Shown here in pieces: positions 10,701-20,687 of a stretch of 64,000 bases of DNA. Where the stretch lies: the NCBI GenBank assembly GCA_903813345.2, contig CAIIXF020000001.1, forward strand, positions 8,742,001-8,806,000, read 5' to 3'. The DNA is from Owenia fusiformis (taxonomy: Eukaryota). The notes under the pieces were generated by a model that was not told the origin of the DNA, made no database searches, and saw nothing but the letters and a program-made list of their open reading frames with translations. The translations under genes and the position numbers were made by a program. The first letter of the stretch is position 1. Each line of letters starts with the position of its first letter.

Positions 10701-12913
10701 ATTTAACCCTTTTTAAAAAATACAGTGAAAAAAGATTTTTTTTCAATTAACATAAATTTAACATATTGAATCTGCAGTTTTAAAAAAGAAATAATTCAAA
10801 ATAAATCAATGGGAAATGTTCAAGGAACAACTCAATAGCGACTACTATGTGTTATTCACATAGAATATTTACTTTCTCTTTTTTAAAATTATCTCAATTG
10901 TTTGTATTTCATCAATAGACTATAGATAATCTTTTTTAAAAAGTTGCTTGTTATATTTTACTTTGTTATAACTTCAAATTATACCTGTTGCTGCTGATTT
11001 GTTTGCAAAGGATGGCACTGCAGTTTTGGACTGGTCCATTGCATCCATAATTATAGACAGGTACCTAAAAAACATCAATTACAGGATGAATTAAAAATGA
11101 AATACTGGTTTACTTTTTTTACTGTAGAAACTTTTATGCAGATTATAAAGTGCCTTTGTGCTTCATCACTGTGATGTGAAATAATAAATTCAGTATTTTA
11201 CTGCCAATCTGACACAAACTGTAATTTTTTATTTTTTTTAGCATAATATTTATTTCCTTCATAATCAAAAAATACACAAAATATCTACTACCAATCGCCA
11301 TAGGCATTCTAGGTAGTTTAAATTACAATAGAGGATTAATTACAGTAATCATAGATGGTTATAGGTAATGTGAGAGGTTGGGAGGGAGGGGGGGATGTCA
11401 CAAGATACAAATGAGAATAACATTAATTTGATGGAAACTTATAACAGGCCTGTACAAATTTCATCACTATATCTATCAGGATTTTCTGAGAATCAATAGT
11501 GAGTTCATTTTCATAAATTCAATATTTGACCTGTTCTGTCTTGCTAGAAATAAGTTGAGTATCAAACAATAAGTTTTGTTCACGAAGTGCAGTCATCATT
11601 TCATTACGTTCATGGGTATGGCGAGGGCAGGTTAGAATGAAATGCTTTGTGTCTTCAATAGAGCCACAGAGGCATTTGTTGTCAATTTAAAAACTGTAAT
11701 TGATCTCAAGGAAGCAGATCGATATAGACAGGGTGTTCAAAAAACGCAACCCAAAGAAATCGCTATATCTTGGAAAATACTACTCCAATTATGTTCATAT
11801 TTTCAGGAAAGAAAGAACAGTTGTACTATCAAAATATGAAAAACATGAATGGAAAATCACTATATCTTGGAAAATACTAATTCAATTATGTTCACAATGT
11901 AAATAATGATTATTTGGATAATAAATAGAAACAGTGACAATAATGGTGTGAAAAGAGTGATTTTTCCTTCAAAATGTCATTTTATACATGTTAATAGAAT
12001 GACCTATATTTTGAAATGTAAAGGTCAGAATAACCTAATTGGCTCTTCCAAACTACTTCCCTTCCAGTGATCCAGAGAACAGCAGTTTAATGATTAAATA
12101 TTTTGATTAATGGACATGATATAACTGAATTTTGAAAATGAAATAAATTGTAACATCTTTTGGCGCTTACCTTTCTGGGTTCTTCTTTGCCATGTATATA
12201 TGGCTATAATATGACAATCTCTCAGCACTGAAAAGTTAGAAATACACTATTATCATTTGATCAATGGTCAATTATTGATTGATAACAAACATTATCCAAT
12301 ATATTTATATCTGACGCACTTTCAAAATTTGCCTATAGGTGATGATAAAGTGGCACCTGATCCACATGCCAGATATAATTTTGATTGAGAAAGTATAAAC
12401 ATTGTCCATTAACACAAAGTTTTCAATCTGAGAAAATTTTGGATACTCGGTCTGTGGAGAACATAAGATAATAGTAGTTGTACATTTTAATAAATAGTGA
12501 AGTGGGTACTTGGCTCACATGGTGTGACTCAAAAGTGAATGATGGCAAAAATAACAGACATTAAAAAATGGATGTTATTTTTGCCAAATGTTTTGTAACA
12601 AAATTATTTCATGCAAATCACCTGAAATTATTTGTGAAGCTAGGAAATGGGCCACAAGTCAATTTCGCCAGACAAAAATGGTGAACATTTTGAAAATAGA
12701 CAAATTTTTGTACAAGGAGTCATAGGGCATGTTGAATAAAAGTAACTTAAAATGGGAAATCCTATCGACAGAGGTTTTAAGGCTGACTTACCGTTGTTGG
12801 TTAAGGTGCTCTGAGCGTAGAGCTCTTAGTTCAATCTTTTCATCCTCACTTTTTGACTTTAGTAGTAAGTCCTTTAGTTCTGTACATTTTGTACACTGAT
12901 TGAAGCGTGATAC
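4774..12913 (-). CDS. Multi-exon DDD transposase (Sola3-like), 486 aa assembled, 5' end unresolved
   Basis: GT-AG exons on the minus strand: 12913-12792, 12227-12171, 11064-10985, 10688-10487, 10150-10037, 9228-9068, 8858-8773, 7948-7835, 7407-7329, 6179-6055, 5094-4774. Total 1461 nt, all phases compatible, no internal stop. Motifs: RFNQCTKC, YLSIIMDAMDQSK, LFLQMDNCWRENKNRY, FLMVGHTHEDIDQLFS, GHSKPHCF. Confidence 0.88.
5223..5627. mobile_element. Kolobok-like MITE (tandem dimer of a ~200-bp unit) in the last transposase intron
   Basis: TIR AAGGAATACAGGCTACAGTGAAGT / ACTTCACTGTAGCCTGTATTCCTT. TTAA on both sides (5219-5222, 5628-5631). Degenerate internal end-to-start junction near 5400-5440. 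Confidence 0.7.
6740..6874. repeat. ~66-bp tandem duplication in an intron
   Basis: Two copies of TGTTTCAAATGTTGCCCTTTGTGCTTCCTCACTTTGATTTGAAATAATAATTCAGCATTTT. A related copy lies near 11152-11205. Confidence 0.85.
8323..8647. mobile_element. Tc1/mariner-type MITE in a transposase intron
   Basis: TA|CAGGGTGTTC...GAACACCCTG|TA, with ~55-bp imperfect TIRs and a TA target duplication. Confidence 0.85.
11728..11900 (+). mobile_element. Truncated Tc1/mariner-type MITE end
   Basis: CAGGGTGTTCAAAAAACGCAACCC terminus, an internal duplication of CTATATCTTGGAAAATACTA..CAATTATGTTCA, and no partner end seen. Confidence 0.45.
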
Positions 12914-13136
12914 CTACATTAAGTAGAATAGTTACATTATAAGGAATTATGAATGCCATCTTATTTTTCTGGTTTTTATTGCATGAACAGATTAATCATC
13001 AAGGGGTCTAAAACTTCTTCAAAAGTAGAATGGTATTCAAAGGCTAGTTTTGAAAATATCAAATTTCAATAACCAGAGTTATGCTATTCAGCATAAGTTT
13101 TCCCTATTTGGGAATACCATGGGATATGTGGTATTT

Positions 13137-13261
13137 AACTTAAACCCATTTCAATACGCATCCCCTTTTCAGAAAATGTCAATATAGTGTAGAAGAAACT
13201 TAAACCCATTTCAATACGCATCCCCTTTTCAGAAAATGTCAATATAGTGTAGAAGAAACTT
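13137..13261. repeat. Perfect 60-bp tandem duplication
   Basis: 13141-13200 and 13201-13260 are identical. Confidence 0.95.
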
Positions 13262-13481
13262 TCGATATGTTTAATTTGAGAGAAACAAGATCCTCTTTTT
13301 AGACATATGACACTAATGTTTTCAAAAAGTCCCAAGGTGGGGTATTAATCCATAATTTTTCAGAGAGTTGGATTGATATTTTATTATTACCTGGTCTTGG
13401 ACCTGAAAGAAAGCATATTGTTTTAGTGAAAACATGGATTGCATCATCTGAAACTAACATTTATTCTAACAGGAATCTTAC

Positions 13482-13631
13482 TTTACAAATTACACTTCGG
13501 AGCTTCCAAGTTCCACATACTATTAGATCCCAGTATCCACGTGACGAAATTTCAAAAGTTCTGCCTCTGTTTACGATTTTAGGCCTAGTTGTAAAAACTG
13601 CGATCATCGATAATCGTCTAACTGTTTTCAT
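13482..13631 (-). other. Candidate first exon of the transposase (ATG 13631 to GTAAG donor, phase 0)
   Basis: 50 open codons (MKTVRR...WKLRSVICK) ending at a good donor in phase with the 12913 exon. There is no recognisable homology, so it could be 5' UTR. Confidence 0.3.
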
Positions 13632-15001
13632 TGAAGTATAGTAGATTCTTGTAGGCTAGGCTATTTGTAGTAAGATCCAGTTCAATCATTTGGCTGATAA
13701 TAAAATATAAGCCGCGAACATAAAGTGTGTATTTCCAGAATTATGACTGTCGAAACACGTTCAGCTCCTCATCGCTTCTGATTGTGGTTCAACTGGCGCG
13801 AGATTGAAACGCACATCAGCTTTTATACGGTGGGGACTCAGCAAATTCAACTAAACAGTTGTCATGGTTATTGTCACGAGTGCATGGCACGTGGATGAAA
13901 AATACGCGTATTAATCTTAGTCAAAAATCCTTTATAATGTGGATATTTCTTCAAAACATGTTGTTTTTAGTTTTGAAAATGTTGATAAACAATGGGGATT
14001 ATTAAATGCATAAAGGCAATTTCACTTATTAGGCCTAATCAGGAATTGACTGCACGAAATAATCGGATTATTTTTCATGATTTAGTTTTTTAGTTCAGCC
14101 GTGCAACTTTTATAATGTCTAGTGTAATCTCCAAGCAAATCGTTCAGTGCAGATTTACAGGAATAAAAACGTATAAATGAAATGAAAGGAGAATGGCAAG
14201 ATCATGACAACAGAATACATTGTTGTCTATTCAAACATACAAAGTGCGTTTCAGCCAATCAGCTTGGGCAATTTCACTTAGTTAATATTAGGCACGCGTT
14301 GGTGCTATTCTTAAAAAAGGGGTGACGGCATACCATGTGTAATTTCAGTCAGTAGCTTAAGTTATGTAATTGATTTTTCATTAAGTTTTCACAAATTTCC
14401 CTTCTGCATTAAATGATATTAATTTCCTGTGATATTTTGATAAATGAACCTTGCAAATAGATTAATAATTAGAAAAATAAATTATAGGCTAAATCAACAC
14501 CCCTTTTTACTACTTCTGAAACATAAACTAGTCAAAGTAGGTTCACTGGCAAAATTTCATTACCATGACATCCATGTAAATAAAACACAAACCTAAAATC
14601 AGTGAGATTAACATGAGTGAGATTATCAGTCATTAACATATAGGCTAGATATGATGTATTTATTTTTTCATTTAGATTAATCCAAAGTTTAATACATCTC
14701 AATGAATGTTATTTATGTCTACTGACCAGGGCCATGAGTTGCAATAATTATAAACGATTATAAGGCCATAAGTAAATTATTTGTACAGGAAAACAAAAAC
14801 AAAGGTCAGATAAAACACAGAGTAGTTTGATTTGATGAAGAGAAAGCACTTTTATGGCCCAAAATCATAATTAGGGATGCAAAACATGCAAATAAAATTC
14901 TAAAGTGAGAATATGGTGGCTACTTTTTTTAAATCTTATTTAACATTTTATATGGATATGGAATACTATGATAATTTATTAATGGAAAAGAACTTCACAT
15001 A

Positions 15002-15981
15002 CAGGGTGTCCAAAAAAACAGGACCGTAAGAAACTTGAATAAAACGGTCAATTTTGCATATTTTGCCTTGAAATTTCGGAATTATTTAGTTTATTCAATG
15101 TGAATTTTTTTGTGAAAGTTTGATAATAATCTACCTATTGAGTCAAAAACTACAGCTCCTTACAAAACATGCCCCAAATGTGCAAATCTCATCTCTATGC
15201 ACAATTCAATCCAGCGAACAAAGATGTTGATGATCCTCCTACACACATGTCTTTCTGAATGAATAAGTTTGTTCCAAGAACAATTGCTGATGAAGTGTTA
15301 CAGCATCCATTGCATTCTGAACAATGCACTCCCTGGGTGGCAATGAGGAAACATGGAATCATTAGTCCTTTTTGGTTCGAAGGTGACTGGGGACTTGCTA
15401 TCACCATGAACAAGGACCAGTAAGTTCTCACCAAGTTTTGGAGGTCATTAAGCACCAGAAGGGACATCTAAGGAGATAATCACTCAGGCAGTGGTTTCAA
15501 CAAGCCAATACCACCCCAACACTGCAAATGATATGCTGAAATGGTTTAGGCAATGCTTTGGTGGTCAGCTCATCAGTTGCAGAACGCAAACCATATGGGC
15601 AGCTCATTCGCCTGATCTAAATCCCCCAATGTTTTTATCTTTGAGGATTTCTCAAAGCCAATGTGTATACTGACAGGCCCCTAACAATCTTAAGAGGGCA
15701 ATAACTACCCCAATATTTACCATCCACATTAATGTGTATAGGTAAGGGTCATTAACAACTTTGTTCGCACGATTCGTTTGTGCATAGAGAGCAGAAGTGC
15801 CCACTTTGAGCATGTTTTGTAAAGGACTGTAGTTTTTGACACAATTAACAGATTATCATCAAACTTGCAGAACAAAATTCACATTGAATGAACTAAATAA
15901 TTCTACAATTTCAAGGCAAAATATGCAAAATTGACCGAGTTATTCAACTTTCTTACGGTCCTGTTTTTTTTGGACACCCTG
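15002..15981 (+). mobile_element. Internally deleted Tc1/mariner element of the DD41D (rosa-like) type, nested in the large transposon
   Basis: TA|CAGGGTGTCCAAAAAAA...TTTTTTTGGACACCCTG|TA with ~170-bp imperfect TIRs. Broken transposase motifs HPLHSEQCTPW, GIISPFWFE, WFQQ, WAAHSPDLNPP. Reconstructed D-D spacing is about 41. Confidence 0.85.
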
Positions 15982-16094
15982 TAGATAAAATCAATACATA
16001 ACGAAATACAATTCCCAGGAAAATCAAAGCACTCAAGAGTGATTTATGGAATAAAAAAATAGGCTATTTCACATTTTTGAGAAGGCCATTCAAC

Positions 16095-18611
16095 ATTAAT
16101 TATATGTTGAAGTACTGACAAGAGTCCAAATCTTAGGAGAGTTGGACTTCAATAGTATAGTAAAGTACAAAAAGAGAGACCAATAAAATAACAATATTTT
16201 AGCTTCTCATAATCTTTTCAACAAAAAGATGCAGTATGGGAACATTTTTTTTAAATTAAGTCAAGAACCTTTGTCATTTTTGAATTGGAATTGTTAGAAG
16301 TATACAAACAAGCACTCAATTTTGAGTTTTGGTTTCTGAAAAAATCCTAAATCATAACAGGGATTGAACACTAAACATAATGCATTACACTCTGAATGGC
16401 TCTATTTATTGTTGACAGTCCTACAGACCTGAGTTGAAATAAAGAAAGAGAGGATTTACAAATGTTAGACTATGTTATATATTTTTGAGATCATTTATTA
16501 CATTTATTTAGAAGACATAATAACATGTAAATGCTAACTGTAAAATAACTATGACAATAAAATGAATAGAAGGCTGAATGTATGTAACTCTTCCAATCAA
16601 TGAGCTTAGATACAGAATACGAATATGTTATCTCAGACACACAGGTGGAGAAAAAATATCCACTAGGCCTAATTATAAGAGTTGAGGCCAAACATTTGAA
16701 TGGAAGTGTAAATAAGAGGTACAAAGGGAATTAAACTTTAAGGTGTTTTAATTAAACAATTGCAAAATTCTGGATGTTTAATGAAATAAGACTTTGTAAA
16801 TAATAGCAAGAAACATAACAACATACTATTGGTGAGATTGGAAATATGAACAACTGTTAGATGCATTATCAGATTGTGTTGATTGTGCAGTTCAAATATT
16901 GTTCAAGAAGATGATACTGTACTCCTGGTATATTCCTCTGCTATCAGTTTTAACAAAATTGAATATGGTTATAAAATCATGCAACATAGTCTTGTAGGGA
17001 ATATAGGGTAAGTTAAGTTTATAAAGTTTGTGAATTCAAACAATATTGATTTTTCAACTTGAGGCATCTGCTTAGAAATATATACAGGAGTAAAGTTAGT
17101 ACATATTCCAATGAGAAAAAGTATATTTTATATTAGAGTAATAGTGTCAAGAACACCAAGAGGTATGTTTCCTCAACCGAGAGTAGAGTTTTTAGCAGTG
17201 TCTAGAAGCCAAGCACAGTTCTACTGCATGCTAACTAATAGGCCCAAGTGGCTGTGTACAATTATACTGGCAGAATGGGTGAGGGTGAGAGTTCACTACA
17301 AAGGCTCTAGTTGTTAAGCAGGGTTAGGAAAGGCACAGCACAAACCTGGAAATACAAAAACATAAAATGTAACATGCATTGTATTACAAGGTATTAATTT
17401 AGGGATGAAGTATGAGTATTGTATATTATGATAAAAATAGATATCATTAAACCTAAATCAAAATATGATAATATAAATACCAGTAATAGTAAAAAATATT
17501 ATTGACAATATGAATGATTTATCTAACTTAAACCCCACACTCTTTCATGAAATATAAAATTTAGACCATTTGTATTGACTGTTAAGTAAGTGGAGTGAGT
17601 AGAGCTCATTATAGGTTCAGCTACAGTGCACTACATGTAACAGGCAAGGTTTTGATTTCTTGTTTATTATTCAGTGATTGAAGGGGTGAAATAGGGTCAC
17701 TAGTTCAGCTTTAATGAACTGCATGACAGTCAATCGTCTCTTGGGTTACAATAGTTTCTGAAAGTGTCAATTCTTGTAAAACAGTATATTCTTTAAAATA
17801 ATAAAAAAATAATTCTAGTGTGTTGATACATTAAACATAAAAAAATCATCAACTGTTTACTATAAGTATATCTATAATTGTTTATGTTGTTAAATTTGTT
17901 GTAATGGTAATCAATATTGCAGTAAAATTGCTATATACATATTTATATATATATATAAGTATGGATTCTAAGTGTGCTTATGAGAAATAAGTGTAAGATA
18001 TATTTAATAAAACAATTATAACAATTGAAAATATATGTATCAATGGCCTTCAACAGCACTGGCATGAATGACAATAAAGAATGATATCAATTACAATGTA
18101 AGGTATTTTGTTAAATGATCTACATAAATCTGCATGTTTTAGTTTATCCATGAATCTACTCTGATTATTAATATCTTTTGCAAAGCATTCAGATCTCCTC
18201 TTAAGCCGACATAAGAAGATCTACTCTTATGCCGGGCATAAGAACAGATCTACCCTTATGCCGGGCATGAGAACAGATCTACTCTTATGCCGGGCATAAG
18301 AACAGATCTACTCTTATGCCGGGCATAAGAACAGATCTACTCTTATGCCGGGCATAAGAACAGATCTACTCTTATGCCGGGCATAAGAACAGATCTACTC
18401 TTATGCCGGGCATAAGAACAGATCTACTCTTATGCCGGGCATAAGAACAGATCTACTCTTATGCCGGGCATAAGAACAGATCTACTCTTATGCCGGGCAT
18501 AAGAACAGATCTACTCTTATGCCCGGCATAAGAATTGAACCTAATTTGCCCAAACCTCATGTTTGCTGAAGTCCGAGTATTTGTAGGATTCCGAGTTCAA
18601 ATGTCGGGGTG
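16095..18611 (-). repeat. Right inverted arm (composite TIR)
   Basis: 16328-17406 is the near-identical reverse complement of 1946-2942, apart from an extra ~88 bp at 16510-16597. 17620-17772 and 18045-18165 are diverged matches. The terminal 79 bp are identical. Confidence 0.85.
18198..18533 (-). repeat. Subterminal 29-bp palindromic tandem array (11 copies plus a degenerate one)
   Basis: Unit TCTTATGCCGGGCATAAGAACAGATCTAC, the reverse complement of the left unit. Cores every 29 bp from 18227 to 18517. Confidence 0.95.
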
Positions 18612-18814
18612 TTCATTGTGTATTGAACATATTTGAGTGTCAAATGTTGACCAATAATATTTCTTAAGAAAACATAGTCATCTAGATTACATAGTAATCA
18701 AATATAAACCAAGCACTTAAAATGGGCTGATTCTAAAAGTGTTTGACACATGGCGGTGTTGGATTTCTAATATACCTGCATTATGTTTATATACAAAATA
18801 TAATAATGAAAAAA

Positions 18815-18845
18815 GTCACTTTATTATTTATTTATAAATATTTAA
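18815..18845 (-). terminator. Candidate polyadenylation signals of the sulfotransferase gene
   Basis: TTTATT on the plus strand (AATAAA on minus) clustered about 750 bp downstream of the stop. Weak evidence in AT-rich DNA. Confidence 0.3.
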
Positions 18846-19580
18846 TTATAAAATGTCACACAATGGCTGTCACATTTTGAAATCAGGCTTTTATCTTAAT
18901 TAAACTTAGGCTAGAAAGAATCAATAATATGTTTCACATATCTCCACTTCCCTGTCTTTTTCAAACTACATAAATAAACAAGGTCCATGCAACATAAAAG
19001 GAGAAACATTGATTCTAGCATACTCCATCTATTTTAAGTGATATCTGTTTTATTGTACACTGTACATAGAAATAATAATACAATGCTTCATAATTTCATC
19101 TATAAAAACAAAGGAGACTATAAACAAAGAATTGAATTATTCTAGCCTTGGTGAATAATATATGAATATAGATACCTTCACTCAGGCAATCAAATCATCT
19201 TTGCCTGGTCAAGTTCTAATCAATGATATGACACTCAAGCAAGCAAAGAAGGGCAAAATATGGCAATACATTGAACGGTGTCTTTATTTCACATGAATTA
19301 GTCAATTTAATGTATTTAGTCAATATTGGGCACAAACCTGGTACAGCACATTAAAAATATTTTCAATAGAAAAAAATGACTTAGAACATCAAAGTGTGTG
19401 ATACGGATTATACTTGGTTGAAATGTCGGACATGGGCCGATAATGTACATGGTGTCCAATGTAATGTTATGTAAAAGTAACAATTAATCCATATCACACA
19501 CCATCAGATTCCAGTGTTTGAATATTGTGTAAAATATAAATACAGATATCCTTTCCATGTAACCTCTTCACCAAGCATCG

Positions 19581-20687
19581 TTAATCCCAATCAAATGTCT
19601 GACCTATCATTTGGAAAAGCTTTTTATTATGCGGTTGGAAGAATTTTTTCAGTTTATGTAATACAAAAGGGTCAATGTTAGGGTGCTTCCTGCCTTTTCC
19701 TTCAGCAAGGCATCTTTCAACGCCATCTTTCTTAATACAATGAAATCCCCGAGTTTTATTGAAGTAAAAAGTATCTGGTGTAACAAACCGTTCCAGACCA
19801 AGAAACTTTTCAACTTTGGCAATTTCCATGGCTGGGTTAGATATGAGTTTATCACCATCAACAATATGAATTTGGTTCCTATTGAACACACGGAAGTAAT
19901 TCTCCAAGTATTTCTGATAAATACTTATTTGCACTGCCATATATTTAGTATTAACCTCCAATGTGATTGGATCCATCACAAGGTGCTCAAACCTTTCAGT
20001 CGTTAAGTTTTGTTTCAGTCTTTTTTGGTAGATTTGTGTATAGTCTGAAATAGTTCTTGTAACTGGATTGCGAAATATCACTAAAAGTTTTACACTGGAA
20101 TTGAAATTATATATCCGCTCTGGTACTTTGTCTGTTATAAAATATGCTGGCGATTTCTCTATTGTGATTTCTTCTGGATAGGAATAAGGCATCCTATTAA
20201 GGTACCAGTCTCTACCTTTGGCATAGTTTGTTGCATTATCAAAGTAATGGACTTCGTGTGATGCTGCTACAACATTGGGATGGATATTGACAAAGTCCAG
20301 CAGAGCCCGGGTGCCACATTTACGCACCCCAATGATTATAGCTTTGGGGAGGCGGTGTTCTGTACCCTCAGGGTGCTGACGACCCTCAGAATCTGTTAAC
20401 ATTTTCGGATAAAACAAACTATCGGGACAAACAGTGTCCACCACAAGTGATAGGTCTATAACTTGGGTCCATGTAAGAGTTAACACTGTTAATAATAATC
20501 CAATGCAGAAAATAAGTCTTTTCCTGTTACAATGACTGAAGATGCATCCTTTATGTACAACATTGAGATTCCCGGGATCTATGCTGACTTTCATTGTATA
20601 GCGTGGCGAAGAAACCAAAGGCTCCTGGTCATCGTTCATATTACTGTGGTGATGTTTATTCAAGATGGCTGCCGAGTACGACGTCAT
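19581..20687 (-). CDS. HS3ST: Heparan sulfate glucosamine 3-O-sulfotransferase (HS3ST1/5-like), single coding exon, 368 aa
   Basis: Type II membrane anchor (LIFCIGLLLTVLTLTW), PAPS 5'-phosphosulfate loop IIIGVRKCGTRALL, EVHYFD, EKSPAYF, 3'-phosphate motif RNPVTRTISDY, and C-terminal CL..GKGRKHP. Confidence 0.96.
   Translation of the reverse strand: MTSYSAAILNKHHHSNMNDDQEPLVSSPRYTMKVSIDPGNLNVVHKGCIFSHCNRKRLIFCIGLLLTVLTLTWTQVIDLSLVVDTVCPDSLFYPKMLTDSEGRQHPEGTEHRLPKAIIIGVRKCGTRALLDFVNIHPNVVAASHEVHYFDNATNYAKGRDWYLNRMPYSYPEEITIEKSPAYFITDKVPERIYNFNSSVKLLVIFRNPVTRTISDYTQIYQKRLKQNLTTERFEHLVMDPITLEVNTKYMAVQISIYQKYLENYFRVFNRNQIHIVDGDKLISNPAMEIAKVEKFLGLERFVTPDTFYFNKTRGFHCIKKDGVERCLAEGKGRKHPNIDPFVLHKLKKFFQPHNKKLFQMIGQTFDWD

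Larger units (their letters stand above)
156..18611 (-). mobile_element. ~18.5-kb DNA transposon, Sola3-like, with very long composite terminal inverted repeats
   Basis: 156-234 (CACCCCGACATTTGAACTCGG...GGTTCAATT) is the exact reverse complement of 18533-18611. Flanks are TTAA (152-155) and TTCA (18612-18615). Further inverted homology runs inward to about 2980/16095. It encloses a spliced DDD transposase. Confidence 0.88.

Noticed and set aside
9063-10746. ORF-track entries 9063-9305, 9868-10146, 10483-10746 (also 7802-7984, 4774-5088) as separate small genes
   Set aside because: They are exons of one spliced transposase with intronic read-in at their ends.
16491-17317. ORFs 16491-16724 and 17111-17317 in the right arm as cargo genes
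   Set aside because: Short with no recognisable motifs; the first spans the indel that the left arm lacks.
19649-20006. Overlapping and antisense ORFs within HS3ST
   Set aside because: Shadow frames of a real coding exon.
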